Shown here: positions 49,217 through 58,202 of the stretch, in pieces
Position numbering within the stretch: position 1 is the first letter of the stretch
Layout of the letters: each line of letters starts with the position of its first letter
Origin: an uncultured virus (IMG/VR IMGVR_UViG_3300045256_000415)
Taxonomy: Duplodnaviria; Heunggongvirae; Uroviricota; Caudoviricetes
Strand: one strand, 5' to 3'
Length of the DNA: 64,000 bases
IMG/VR virus record: IMGVR_UViG_3300045256_000415
Translations under genes and position numbers: made by a program
The notes under the pieces: generated by a model
Seen by the model: only the letters and a program-made list of their open reading frames with translations
What the model was told of the DNA's origin: nothing
The model's database searches: none

Positions 49217-50443
49217 ATGCTACTTCTCGACGACCCGCTCTTATTGTACCGCCGCCGCAAGGACTACCCACTCAAAGATTACCTCAAGCAGCATCTGAAT
49301 CACATCCACACCCTGCAATACCAGGGTGGTAAGGATATCGAGGCTACCTGTCGTCACCTCAACCGCGAACTAGCCAAATACGCCCAGACCAACTCACCGG
49401 TGTACGCCACCCACCACGGCGTCATCGACAAATCGCACCTAGGCGACAAAAACCGATGGTACGTCGGAGGCTTCCAGACCCACGCTGCAACCACCGGCGG
49501 TAGCACCACTGGTCTGCACTTCCACTACCTCCGTTGGGCCACCCACTATAACCAAATCGAGGGCGACTGTCACTACCGGGCCATTCTACAGGAATTCGGG
49601 CTAGACCGTCCCATCAGCATACTGTACCTGATGCTCGATCAGACCGACGACCGTGGCAACGACACTCTGACCAAGCTATACCACACCCAGAATATCCTCG
49701 TCTCCCACGGAGCGGGTCAACAGGCGATCGTCCACGAGGTCATCAAAAACCGCACCTACTACCACGACTATTTCGGCTTCTTCGATTCACTATTCGCTTA
49801 CCTGAGTGAAGAGAAAATCGACGTCATCCTAGCCCCCGGCCAGATAATTGCGGCCTTGGCTTGGAATGCCCGCCGACTCCGCCATACTGCCCCGATCTGC
49901 AAACTCCTCTCGAACACCGGCGCCAAGGTTGACCGGACGGACCTCGACTACCTCAAGGAGTCGGGCATTGTGGAGAATTGGTGTGACCACATGCGGTGTT
50001 GGGATGGCGGCATCACCTTCTTCACTTGTCGCCACCACACCTATCACCTACTAGACGGGCTAGCTTGGACCAAGAGCGACAAACAGAACCGGCTCATCAG
50101 TGACGACTATTACTCGCTACCGTCCCCGTTCATGAACTACTGGAACGGCGACTACGGCACCGTCGGCAAGGACTACCAGAAGTGCAAATGTGGGCGTTAC
50201 TACCGGTCATTCGAAATCAGCCGTACTCGCAGTGTTGTAATGGCTGGTGTTACTAACCACGAAGTCCGAGACCGAATTCTCAAGACGGACATCGACGTAT
50301 CCGGGATCAAGCGGGCCGAGACATCCGGAGCTTTTCTGCGACTGTTCACCAGCCGCCCATACTCCGCGACCGAACGGCAGGCCATAAGAAACACCCTCCC
50401 CAATCTGGAAATCAACTTCGTGACAGAGGTCCCAAATGGATAG
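49217..50443 (+). CDS. Divergent ANL adenylate-forming enzyme (PaaK/CapK-like)
   Basis: ATTGGSTTG, LSNTGA, PFMNYWNGD, CKCGR. Confidence 0.65.
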   Translation: MLLLDDPLLLYRRRKDYPLKDYLKQHLNHIHTLQYQGGKDIEATCRHLNRELAKYAQTNSPVYATHHGVIDKSHLGDKNRWYVGGFQTHAATTGGSTTGLHFHYLRWATHYNQIEGDCHYRAILQEFGLDRPISILYLMLDQTDDRGNDTLTKLYHTQNILVSHGAGQQAIVHEVIKNRTYYHDYFGFFDSLFAYLSEEKIDVILAPGQIIAALAWNARRLRHTAPICKLLSNTGAKVDRTDLDYLKESGIVENWCDHMRCWDGGITFFTCRHHTYHLLDGLAWTKSDKQNRLISDDYYSLPSPFMNYWNGDYGTVGKDYQKCKCGRYYRSFEISRTRSVVMAGVTNHEVRDRILKTDIDVSGIKRAETSGAFLRLFTSRPYSATERQAIRNTLPNLEINFVTEVPNG

Positions 50444-51245
50444 GCGGATGGAAGTCGTTGAAGCCCTGATGGATCTGAGCCGGGCTTCCCAACGTGTGGC
50501 CTCTCTCATCTCTCAGGGCGTCATCGGTGAGTTTAAAGACGAAACGGTCCTCTCGGCCCTCGGAGATAGCAAAGAGGTTATCGACGTCGCCCGCTTCACC
50601 GACTGGCCAGCGGCGGTCAATAGCGTTCGGATCGACACACTAGACTTCGCCGACCTCCGGGTCTTGGAATGGAACATCGGCCCCGTCCCGCCGAAGTGTC
50701 TGAACCTACAGACCGCCCGCAGTGTGGATTTAGTCACCGACGACTGGAAATTCAGCACTCAGCCGTCGAACGTCAAAATCATCAAGCCACAGGATCACCG
50801 TTCAGACTACGACGTCGGGGTCATCTGGGAATCGGCTGAGTTCGCTAAGGACCCAGCTATGGTTCTGGAACTCATGAAGAAATGCTGCCACAAGGTCTAC
50901 ATTCGGTTCCGTCCCTGGACTAGCCGTGACGGGGCGTTCATGTCGGGGACCGTCAACAAAGCCTTCCTCCACCTTGCCACCGATATGGACCACCAAGTCC
51001 TATTCAAAGTGGTACGGCCCCTAGCAACCTACGAAGCCCTTGTCAAGAGTGCCGGCATGCCGGTGCACGAACGGCGTGTCAACACCACCCAACCAGAAAC
51101 CTTCTTCACCACCAATGAAGAGGTCATGCGAGTGATTCGGGAACGGACCTGGGGGAAAATCTCCTTCGACCAAGCCGTCAAGATTATGGCTACTGATAGT
51201 GTGGATTACGTGCTGGGCCACTCGATCGAGGAGAAGCTGCGGTAA
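50436..51245 (+). CDS. Degenerate class I SAM methyltransferase-like protein
   Basis: LRVLEWNIG, YDVGVIWESAEF..DP..L, RFRPWTSRDG. Confidence 0.5.
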   Translation: MDRRMEVVEALMDLSRASQRVASLISQGVIGEFKDETVLSALGDSKEVIDVARFTDWPAAVNSVRIDTLDFADLRVLEWNIGPVPPKCLNLQTARSVDLVTDDWKFSTQPSNVKIIKPQDHRSDYDVGVIWESAEFAKDPAMVLELMKKCCHKVYIRFRPWTSRDGAFMSGTVNKAFLHLATDMDHQVLFKVVRPLATYEALVKSAGMPVHERRVNTTQPETFFTTNEEVMRVIRERTWGKISFDQAVKIMATDSVDYVLGHSIEEKLR

Positions 51246-51796
51246 TGGACCTCTCCATCATCCTACCATCGAGCCGCCCCCAGACACTAGCTCACGTTCT
51301 CACCTACATCCACAATCAGCGGACCGATGGGATTGACTTTGAGGTCATCGTCATCCAAGAAGCGGATGACTTCAACCCATTCATGAATTACCGCTATGGT
51401 AATAACTTCGAGATACTGAGGCAGGGCTTCCACCACGACCACGGAGCCACCGCTCGCGATCGCGGCTTAATTGCTGCTCGTGGTCAGTATGTGGTATTCT
51501 GGGATGATGACAACATCTACTACCCACATGCCGCCGCCAGTCTGTTCTGCACTGCTGTCGGTCACGACGTGGGGATCGTGAGAGTGCGGCATCAGGGGCT
51601 CGTCATCCCCTCCGGACCGCACGTGAAACCGGGCGATATCGATTCAATGTGCTTCTGCGTCAGAAAGGACTTGGCGGTTCAGGTGAAATGGACGGACGGG
51701 CAGGGCCGATACAACGACTTCCGGTGGATAACTCGACTGTTGGCCCTGTCTGAACGAATGAATCGCTCTCCGGTGATTGTCGGAGAACACCTATAG
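51245..51796 (+). CDS. GT2-family glycosyltransferase
   Basis: LSIILP, GATARDRGL..ARGQYVVFWDDDN, ND.RW. Confidence 0.85.
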   Translation: MDLSIILPSSRPQTLAHVLTYIHNQRTDGIDFEVIVIQEADDFNPFMNYRYGNNFEILRQGFHHDHGATARDRGLIAARGQYVVFWDDDNIYYPHAAASLFCTAVGHDVGIVRVRHQGLVIPSGPHVKPGDIDSMCFCVRKDLAVQVKWTDGQGRYNDFRWITRLLALSERMNRSPVIVGEHL

Positions 51797-52024
51797 ACCG
51801 TCCGGAATGTACTCCTTGAAATCGCACTTGTGGTTGGGATCACCCCACTTCTTGCAGACCAAGTCCCAGGAGTCACCCAGATCCCCGCGATAAATCTCCA
51901 CGATGATCCGACCCTTCCCGCACTTTGGGCACTTGTCGTAGTCCGGCCCCTCGGAAAATCGCTTCATCTTCTCCCACTCCGTGGCGGGCAACTCGTCCAG
52001 GTGCGGGGTTGGCCCGGCGAACAT
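51791..52024 (-). CDS. Small Zn-ribbon protein
   Basis: CPKCGKG..C..C. Confidence 0.55.
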   Translation of the reverse strand: MFAGPTPHLDELPATEWEKMKRFSEGPDYDKCPKCGKGRIIVEIYRGDLGDSWDLVCKKWGDPNHKCDFKEYIPDGL

Positions 52025-52063
52025 GCCGTAGCTATTCTCACCGTCACCTTTATGCCCAGCGGC

Positions 52064-53284
52064 TTAAACGGTGAGTCCGTTGAACTCATCGCTGTCCCCT
52101 GGCTGGCGATGGGCAGACGTGTCGATGTTTAGGGCCGCGACATCCTTCTCCCACTTCTCCAGATACCGCTTCTTGACCGCGTGCGTGTATCCGGTAGTGC
52201 CGGCCCTTAGCTCCGGCGGCACCCGGACTTCGACATTGTTCTCAATATCGTCCATGATTTTCTTGATGGCAGTATACCCAGCCTTGTTCCGTTTGCTCTT
52301 GCCCATCTCGGCGGTAGCTACCGCCATTGGGATCATACACTCTGGCAGGCCAGTCTTCTCGGTAGTGTAGCACGCGGCCATCGCCGCGAGCCACGCAAAC
52401 GGGTTGCCGGAGCAGTCCTCGAAAGCGGTAATAAGCATCCGCCGACAGATGTAGGCAGGGTCCTCGCCAGACACGACCCACTTACCCAACCAGTATAGAG
52501 CACCATCGGTGTCAGAATTCTGGATGGCTTCCTGGTAAGCGTGGGCCAGATCGAAATGCTCGTTCCCGCTGGCGTCAAAGACTATGTGCTTGTCCGGGAT
52601 CGCCTGATTCACATGTTCCACAGTGATGTGCTTGTCATCCGACAGGATTTCAATGCACGTCTCCATGGTGGTGATAGCCTTACGAGCATCACCACTGCAG
52701 CGGGTGATGAGAAGCTTGGCGGCTTCGGGGTCAATGACAACCTTATCGCCCTTAGCCTTATAGTGGGTCTTCACCCGCTTGATAAGGACAATCATCTCCT
52801 GAGGGCTGAGGGGCTTCGTCTCCAGGACGATGCACCGCGACAGGATCGTGGAATTGACCGCAAACTTGGGTTTCTCAGTGGTGGCACCAAATAGGACAAT
52901 GGTGCCGTCTTCGACGACGGGGAGCAGCACATCCTGCTGGGATTTCGAAAAGCGGTGGATTTCGTCTACGAAGACGAAGGTGTTTTTGGCCGCTTTCTGA
53001 GCAGCGGCGATGATTTTGCGGAGTTCTTCGACTTTAGCGTTGGTGGCATTGACGGCCACAAAGATGGCATCCACTTCCTTGGATAGTGCCCGGACCAGCG
53101 TGGTTTTGCCGGTTCCGGGCGGTCCCCAGATGATGGTGCTTTGAACCCGCTTCTTGTTTGCCATGCGGCGGAGTGGTTGTCCGTCGCCGACCAAGTGTGC
53201 TTGGCCGACGACTTCATCAAGACTCTGTGGCCGGAGTTGAGCCGCTAGCGGCGTTGTCCTCGCTGGCGGGTCGATTGTTGGCAT
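52064..53284 (-). CDS. rarA: Replication-associated recombination protein A (RarA/MgsA)
   Basis: PLAAQLRPQSLDEVVGQ, WGPPGTGKTT, FVDEIHRFSKSQQD, GATTE, GDAR, GEDPAYICRR; start MPTIDP. Confidence 0.93.
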   Translation of the reverse strand: MPTIDPPARTTPLAAQLRPQSLDEVVGQAHLVGDGQPLRRMANKKRVQSTIIWGPPGTGKTTLVRALSKEVDAIFVAVNATNAKVEELRKIIAAAQKAAKNTFVFVDEIHRFSKSQQDVLLPVVEDGTIVLFGATTEKPKFAVNSTILSRCIVLETKPLSPQEMIVLIKRVKTHYKAKGDKVVIDPEAAKLLITRCSGDARKAITTMETCIEILSDDKHITVEHVNQAIPDKHIVFDASGNEHFDLAHAYQEAIQNSDTDGALYWLGKWVVSGEDPAYICRRMLITAFEDCSGNPFAWLAAMAACYTTEKTGLPECMIPMAVATAEMGKSKRNKAGYTAIKKIMDDIENNVEVRVPPELRAGTTGYTHAVKKRYLEKWEKDVAALNIDTSAHRQPGDSDEFNGLTV

Positions 53285-53540
53285 TATCAGGCCCATGTAG
53301 CACGTAGGGAGCAGCGATATCGAGGAAGGCTTCGACCTTATCCAAGTCCAGAGGGTGAGCCAGAGTGTCGTTAATCCACTCAACCGGCGGGTAGCGATTG
53401 TCTTGGCCCGCCTTGGTGGACGACAGGAGTACACCCCATTTGACGAAGGGGTGGAACTGTTGGATTGGCTGCAACCGCATTCGGTTGGTGAACTGGTCGA
53501 TACCGGTGATCGTGACTTTGCGGATCGGTTCATGTACCAC
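53217..53540 (-). pseudogene. Truncated conserved-looking phage protein
   Basis: KVTITGID..PFVKWGVLLS..NRYPPVEWI N-terminus, then the frame runs into rarA. Confidence 0.4.
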
Positions 53541-53946
53541 TCAATACGGTCCAGCTAGTCTCATCAGGGTGGCGAATCGCCAAATGGTCGATCCTATCGA
53601 TCTTGAGGATCACCCGCCGGACCACAGGATCGGTGTCCTCCGGAACGATTGTGGCAACCGCAGCCGCCCTGACAACCCGATGACCTTCTTTGAGGAGAGA
53701 GGCGAAGTGAGGGCAGTATACGACGATTTGAGCTTTGAACCAGCCGTCGTCATAGCTCCATGCTATGACCTCCCCGACGACAGGGTTGTTCTCTTCATCT
53801 ACTACGAAGCCGCCGTCTTCTCCCGCTTTGCAGTAGGCCGGGTAGACCTTGCATAGCGGGAGTTCGGCGGCGGCTTTGAGGGCTGCTTCGGGGTAGACGT
53901 TGTTGTTGAGGGAGGGCGTATCAGCCTTGATTACTTCCACCCACAT
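53530..53946 (-). CDS. Protein resembling a catalytically dead T4 gp21-like prohead protease
   Basis: KADTPSLNNNVYP resembles AD..NxNGRxYP; ASLLKEG; no His/SSRG catalytic motifs; AAGGAG SD. Confidence 0.4.
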   Translation of the reverse strand: MWVEVIKADTPSLNNNVYPEAALKAAAELPLCKVYPAYCKAGEDGGFVVDEENNPVVGEVIAWSYDDGWFKAQIVVYCPHFASLLKEGHRVVRAAAVATIVPEDTDPVVRRVILKIDRIDHLAIRHPDETSWTVLSGT

Positions 53947-53978
53947 GGCCGGCTCCTTTGCCAGTGCAGACTATCTAC

Positions 53979-54584
53979 CTAGACGCTGGCGAGGATGCTC
54001 TGGACCGTCTGTTCTGAAATCCCCTGCTGCTCCATGATCTCGCCAATGCGGTCACTGTTCAGGAGGGTGGCCTGCTTCCACACACCGACGAAATGTTCGA
54101 ACAACCGCATGCTGCTCATTTTGTCCAGTTCCACCGTCACGTCAGCCCAGGACGAATCGGTCAAATTCCGACCGCCGGCCACGCCGCGGATTTCGCCGCC
54201 GGGGTAGGTGAAGAGGGCACACTTGATGTGGGAACCGCTAGAGATTCGCCACTTGAACTCAGGGAATTTCTCGGCGTGGTTGATGTGCCGGACGAGGCCC
54301 AGGACGTACTGCTTTTCGCAGTCCACGCAGGCGGTCTTTTTCCCCTTGCAGGACTTGTGCTCATAGTTGCCAACGAGGATACGGACGTCTTTGAGGCTCC
54401 GCATCCGTTCCAGGAATTCACGGGTTTCGGAGCGGTACTTCTCGCCCCATTCGCGAGAGTCGCCGCCGTCGGGCTGGATGCCGGCGTAGAGGTTGTGGGT
54501 GGCGATGAGCACCTTTTCCGGCTTCTCGTCTACGCACTCGTTGAGGAACTTGAAGTGGTCGTCGTTGGTTAGGAGCAGTCGCAT
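53979..54584 (-). CDS. PLD/Nuc-superfamily protein with a single variant HxK motif
   Basis: VRILVG, HIKCALF, GGRNLT; Cys cluster; GGAGG SD. Confidence 0.65.
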   Translation of the reverse strand: MRLLLTNDDHFKFLNECVDEKPEKVLIATHNLYAGIQPDGGDSREWGEKYRSETREFLERMRSLKDVRILVGNYEHKSCKGKKTACVDCEKQYVLGLVRHINHAEKFPEFKWRISSGSHIKCALFTYPGGEIRGVAGGRNLTDSSWADVTVELDKMSSMRLFEHFVGVWKQATLLNSDRIGEIMEQQGISEQTVQSILASV

Positions 54585-54622
54585 GGAGCCTCCGGAATGG
54601 TACGAGGCCCTCCTAAAATACA

Positions 54623-54658
54623 GCAACGGGCGAGGGTCCCGTATCCCTCGCCCGTTGC
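54623..54658. terminator. 14-bp perfect hairpin
   Basis: GCAACGGGCGAGGG-tcccgtat-CCCTCGCCCGTTGC. Confidence 0.6.
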
Positions 54659-54750
54659 CGCCGCAACCCCAGCGTCGTGCTGAGTGTCTCTACCGTACTT
54701 TTTAATACGTTTGCAACGTTTCGAAAGTTCGGGTGTTACTTTCCGAACCA

Positions 54751-55221
54751 CTAAACGCCGTTTTCGGCTTTCTCCGGTTTCTTAGCCAAGTGGGTCCGCT
54801 TCTTCGCCCCCTTCTTGACAACGAAGTCGTTGACGTTGCCGATTTCGTACCAGTGTTCCAAGGCGATCCATAGCCCCTCTTCGCCCTGAAACAGACCTTT
54901 CCGCTTGAGAACGGTGAAGTTGTTGGGGATCTTGACCTCGCCCATCTTGATGACCACCGGGATCACCAAGCACAGAACCCGCCCACAGCCCATCCGGTAG
55001 AAGATGGTAACGTAGGGCTTCTTACTAGCCCGAATCTCGTCAAACGAGATGAACAGACCAGGAACCTCCCAATCATGGGCACTCTCGTACGTGCTGCGAC
55101 AATCCTTGACGATGTAGGTAGTCCAGCCGTTGTAACCGTGGTAGAGGGCGGTGGTGGTGCCGGCGTGCTTAACATCCTTGGCGAAGTGGTCCATCAGAAT
55201 TATTGCATCATCACGCTTCAT
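54751..55221 (-). CDS. Hypothetical protein
   Basis: Start MKRDDA chosen to avoid overlap with upstream gene. Confidence 0.6.
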   Translation of the reverse strand: MKRDDAIILMDHFAKDVKHAGTTTALYHGYNGWTTYIVKDCRSTYESAHDWEVPGLFISFDEIRASKKPYVTIFYRMGCGRVLCLVIPVVIKMGEVKIPNNFTVLKRKGLFQGEEGLWIALEHWYEIGNVNDFVVKKGAKKRTHLAKKPEKAENGV

Positions 55222-55264
55222 ACAGCTTTTCCGTGTTGGGTGATGTCCTACCATCCAAACACGG

Positions 55265-55765
55265 TCAGCGACCGAAGATTGATTCCTGATCCTCGTTATC
55301 ATCCCAGATGGAAGAACCCGGTGGATCGGGTTCAGTAGCAGGCTTGCCCTGTCCGATGCGGCCAATCATGGTGGTGAGATTTTGGAAGGTCCGATCGAGC
55401 TTTCTGTCGATGGCCGATACCGCTCCGGCCGTCCGGTGAGCGATCTTCTCGGCGTTCTCGGACTGTTTCAGGGCGAGGTCGATTTTCTGATCGACGCTCA
55501 ATGCCCCGATCTTCGCGGCTTTGGCCTGCTCCCGCATCTTCTCGACTTCCTGCCACTGTTGCACTGTCCCTATATGGTTGTTGCCGCCACCTGGGGCAGG
55601 ACCATGGTAGGTGGCAGTGACTCCAGCCGGGTCATTGGGGGTGGCGGCGACTGCTTGGCTTGGTGGCAGGGAGTTGTTGAAACTGCCCGTATCGGAGCCG
55701 TTCGACTGCGGGGGTACGGTACCACTTTCAAGCACCGTATCGAGCATCTTTGTGAACAGCCCCAT
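55265..55765 (-). CDS. Hypothetical coiled-coil protein
   Basis: 166 aa; VLES; CAAAGATA upstream. Confidence 0.65.
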   Translation of the reverse strand: MGLFTKMLDTVLESGTVPPQSNGSDTGSFNNSLPPSQAVAATPNDPAGVTATYHGPAPGGGNNHIGTVQQWQEVEKMREQAKAAKIGALSVDQKIDLALKQSENAEKIAHRTAGAVSAIDRKLDRTFQNLTTMIGRIGQGKPATEPDPPGSSIWDDNEDQESIFGR

Positions 55766-55819
55766 AGTAGCCGCCTGTGTTGTGATTTCCTTACCTACCC
55801 TTTATCTTTGGAGGGACAG

Positions 55820-56039
55820 ATGCTTCCAGTAATTGGTAACGACAGCGAAGACATCTACATCACCGGAGACACCCACTTCGACCACGGGAACATAATTAGA
55901 TAACGCGGCAGAGATCCTAGGTGAGCACCGGCCGTTCACCCTCAAGGAGGTCGTGAGCCTCCTCAAGGACAAGCCGGGTTTCGGGCTCAATCCGAACGTG
56001 CCCCTCTTCTACAAGGGGCCATCGGAACACAACCACTAA
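55820..56039 (+). pseudogene. Internally deleted calcineurin-like metallophosphoesterase
   Basis: IYITGDTHFDHGNIIR* joined out of frame to DNAAEILGEHRPFTLKEV; GGAGG SD. Confidence 0.75.
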
Positions 56040-56251
56040 GCTCTAGTATTGGGCCGAGCAACGGGAACCTCCTGTTGCCCGGCGAATTGGTTAGCGATAT
56101 GAATCAGACGTCGAATCAGGATGGGCTTCGCCAGATGAAGGACTTCCTGGCCTTCCATTTCTCCCACATATCCTAGTATCTCCCCCGTCTGGGTGTCGAT
56201 CAGCTTATAGACACTACTACCCAGACCGCTGATGCCGGTCGTCGGTTCCAT
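56036..56251 (-). CDS. Small hypothetical protein
   Basis: MEPTTG.. ORF upstream-divergent from the tRNA; start uncertain. Confidence 0.4.
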   Translation of the reverse strand: MEPTTGISGLGSSVYKLIDTQTGEILGYVGEMEGQEVLHLAKPILIRRLIHIANQFAGQQEVPVARPNTRA

Positions 56252-56313
56252 CTTAAAACGCATACTACACCGTGGGTTCCGCCTTCGGGTCGCGAATCCA
56301 GAGAACAACACAA

Positions 56314-56385
56314 CTGGCGTGTCCTCCGTGGAGGAGGGCCAGTCTTATGAGCTGGTATTGCGGGGTTCGATTCCCCGACGCCCGA
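56314..56385 (+). tRNA. Non-canonical tRNA-Ile (anticodon UAU), no encoded CCA
   Basis: Acceptor CTGGCGT/ACGCCCG (1 mismatch), D stem CCTC/GAGG, anticodon arm CCAGT-CTTATGA-GCTGG, T arm CGGGG-TTCGATT-CCCCG. Confidence 0.75.
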
Positions 56386-56404
56386 TTTACTTTCGAACGC
56401 CAAC

Positions 56405-56433
56405 TTGACACAAACACTGGCGTGTTCTAGATT
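56405..56433 (+). promoter_or_regulatory. Sigma70-like promoter
   Basis: TTGACA-17 nt-TAGATT upstream of the 56469-58380 gene run. Confidence 0.6.
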
Positions 56434-56468
56434 TGGATGTCCCGTCCGGATCTAACCCTGAGAAAAAT

Positions 56469-56723
56469 ATGACAGCCATCTGTGCATGGTGCAAAAAGCA
56501 TCTGGGCGAGAAGGAACCGCTCGAAGTCCGAACCGAAACCCACGGCATCTGCGAGGCGTGTTTCGCCGAAATGGCGGAGCGAGTGCGACATGATGAAACA
56601 CCATACTTGGCAGAAGAAACTCTTGGAGAGCCCCAAGCATGGGGAACCGGGTTCCAAGAGGAAGAAACCACAGTCCACCACGGAGGAGCGGCGAATCGAA
56701 CGGAAAAGGCAACGGCGAGCTAG
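56469..56723 (+). CDS. Small Zn-binding protein
   Basis: ICAWCKK..THGICEAC. Confidence 0.55.
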   Translation: MTAICAWCKKHLGEKEPLEVRTETHGICEACFAEMAERVRHDETPYLAEETLGEPQAWGTGFQEEETTVHHGGAANRTEKATAS

Positions 56724-56771
56724 AAAAGTAGCCCAGCAGGCCAAGAAAAAGAAGTAGCGTATTTGAGCAGG

Positions 56772-56936
56772 ATGCTCAGCAACACCAAGCCAGAGGACCT
56801 AGTGGCCTGGATCATCGAGAAGGATATCAAGGTACTGAATGTGGCCGGGAACTCCGAGAAGTTTGCTCCCGGTATTGGAGAATTCGTGCGACTATTCCTA
56901 CTCGAAACAATCGAGCAGCTAAATGCCAGGGCGTAA
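56772..56936 (+). pseudogene. C-terminal fragment of a SLOG-family (MoCo-carrier/cpYpsA-like) protein
   Basis: WIIEKDIKVLNVAGNSEKFAPGI; N-terminal half missing. Confidence 0.65.
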
Positions 56937-57171
56937 GCTAGTCAAAATCCGCGGCCAGAAGTTCAAGATGAAGAGTCGGCCGGGGAAGTCGTACCGCAGT
57001 TATCACCTGTCAGTGCCACCGGATATCGCCAAGAAGATCCCGGAGGCCATGCGGTTCACCGTCGAACTCACCAACGACGGCATCCTGTTCAGGCCGCACA
57101 AGGAACCGGACCCGGTTCCACCCCCTCAACCGGCATGGTTAACCGACGCCTCCCGTCCTGCCACAGGCTGA
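56923..57171 (+). CDS. AbrB/MazE-like small DNA-binding protein
   Basis: SYHLSVPPDIA..FTVELTNDGILFRP. Confidence 0.6.
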   Translation: MPGRKLVKIRGQKFKMKSRPGKSYRSYHLSVPPDIAKKIPEAMRFTVELTNDGILFRPHKEPDPVPPPQPAWLTDASRPATG

Positions 57172-57222
57172 CAGCAAAACTAGGCTGGGTGGGTAAAACC
57201 TCACACAACCAGCCAGGTAGCT

Positions 57223-57753
57223 ATGGAAACTAAGAATTGCATGGACTGCGGTGAGCCTAAGCCATTACAGAATTTCGAGAGCATCGGGTGGCGTAAGGGC
57301 GTGCACCGCCGCAGGGCCGCGTGCCGTTCTTGTATGAAAGAACGACGAGCGAAAGAGGTCAAGTGCAGCCAGTGTGGGCGACCGAATGACTCCGACGGGA
57401 AGACTTGTTCGCATTGTCGGACCCGCCACAAAGAGCGGGCCTTGGCCGATCGACAAGCCGTATTCCAGCATTATGGACACCAATGCTCGTACTGTGGGTT
57501 GGCTGACGAGATGTTTCTCACAGTCGATCATGTTCACAACGACGGAGCCACCCACCGACGGGAGATCGGCAGGCAGAGTGGATCGCGGTTATGCCGATGG
57601 TTAAAAGCACGCCGCTTTCCGCCAGGATTCCAAACATTGTGCTTCAACTGCAACTGTGCTAAAGCGATCTACGGCGAAGAGGTTGTGAAAGAGAAATGGA
57701 AACTATTACGTTTACCAAAGTCAAGCTCCAATGGGGATTCTTCTCCAACATGA
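57223..57753 (+). CDS. HNH-type endonuclease with Zn fingers
   Basis: CSYC..LTVDHVHNDG..GFQTLCFNCN; overlaps the NADAR start. Confidence 0.8.
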   Translation: METKNCMDCGEPKPLQNFESIGWRKGVHRRRAACRSCMKERRAKEVKCSQCGRPNDSDGKTCSHCRTRHKERALADRQAVFQHYGHQCSYCGLADEMFLTVDHVHNDGATHRREIGRQSGSRLCRWLKARRFPPGFQTLCFNCNCAKAIYGEEVVKEKWKLLRLPKSSSNGDSSPT

Positions 57754-58202
57754 GCCCACACCCTGTCACCTACGAGGGACAGGTGTGGCGGACCACCGAA
57801 GCCCTGTTCCAGGCTCTCCGGTTCCCGAAGAACCCAACCATCCAGGAAGCCATCCGGCGTGAGAAATCGCCGATGACCGCCAAGATGGTGGCCAAGCGGG
57901 AGCGGAAGGAACGGACCATCGAGCCCGGCTCCGACCAGGACCTCGCCAACATGCGGCTGGTCCTGCGGCTCAAAATCGACCAGCACCCGTCTCTCCGGAA
58001 AGCCCTCCTGGAGACGGGTGAGGCTACCATAATCGAGGACTGTTCCAGTCGGCGTGCCTCCATCTGGGGTGCACGTTTTGTGGCTGGCGGGTGGGAGGGC
58101 GACAACCTGCTCGGAAAGCTGTGGGTAGAGTTGCGAGAGCAGCTTAAGGACCATGACCGCCAACGACATCTTGCAGGAGCTACTGGCGGAACTCCCGCCT
58201 AA
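57696..58202 (+). CDS. NADAR (YbiA-like) family protein
   Basis: FFSNM, TTEALFQA, LKIDQH, LLETG, IWG, GDNLLGKLWVELR. Confidence 0.9.
   Translation: METITFTKVKLQWGFFSNMSPHPVTYEGQVWRTTEALFQALRFPKNPTIQEAIRREKSPMTAKMVAKRERKERTIEPGSDQDLANMRLVLRLKIDQHPSLRKALLETGEATIIEDCSSRRASIWGARFVAGGWEGDNLLGKLWVELREQLKDHDRQRHLAGATGGTPA

Noticed and set aside
52064..53533. 489-aa RarA with long N-terminal extension as in the ORF track
   Set aside because: The extension overlaps another coding-like frame; RarA similarity starts at MPTIDP (53284)
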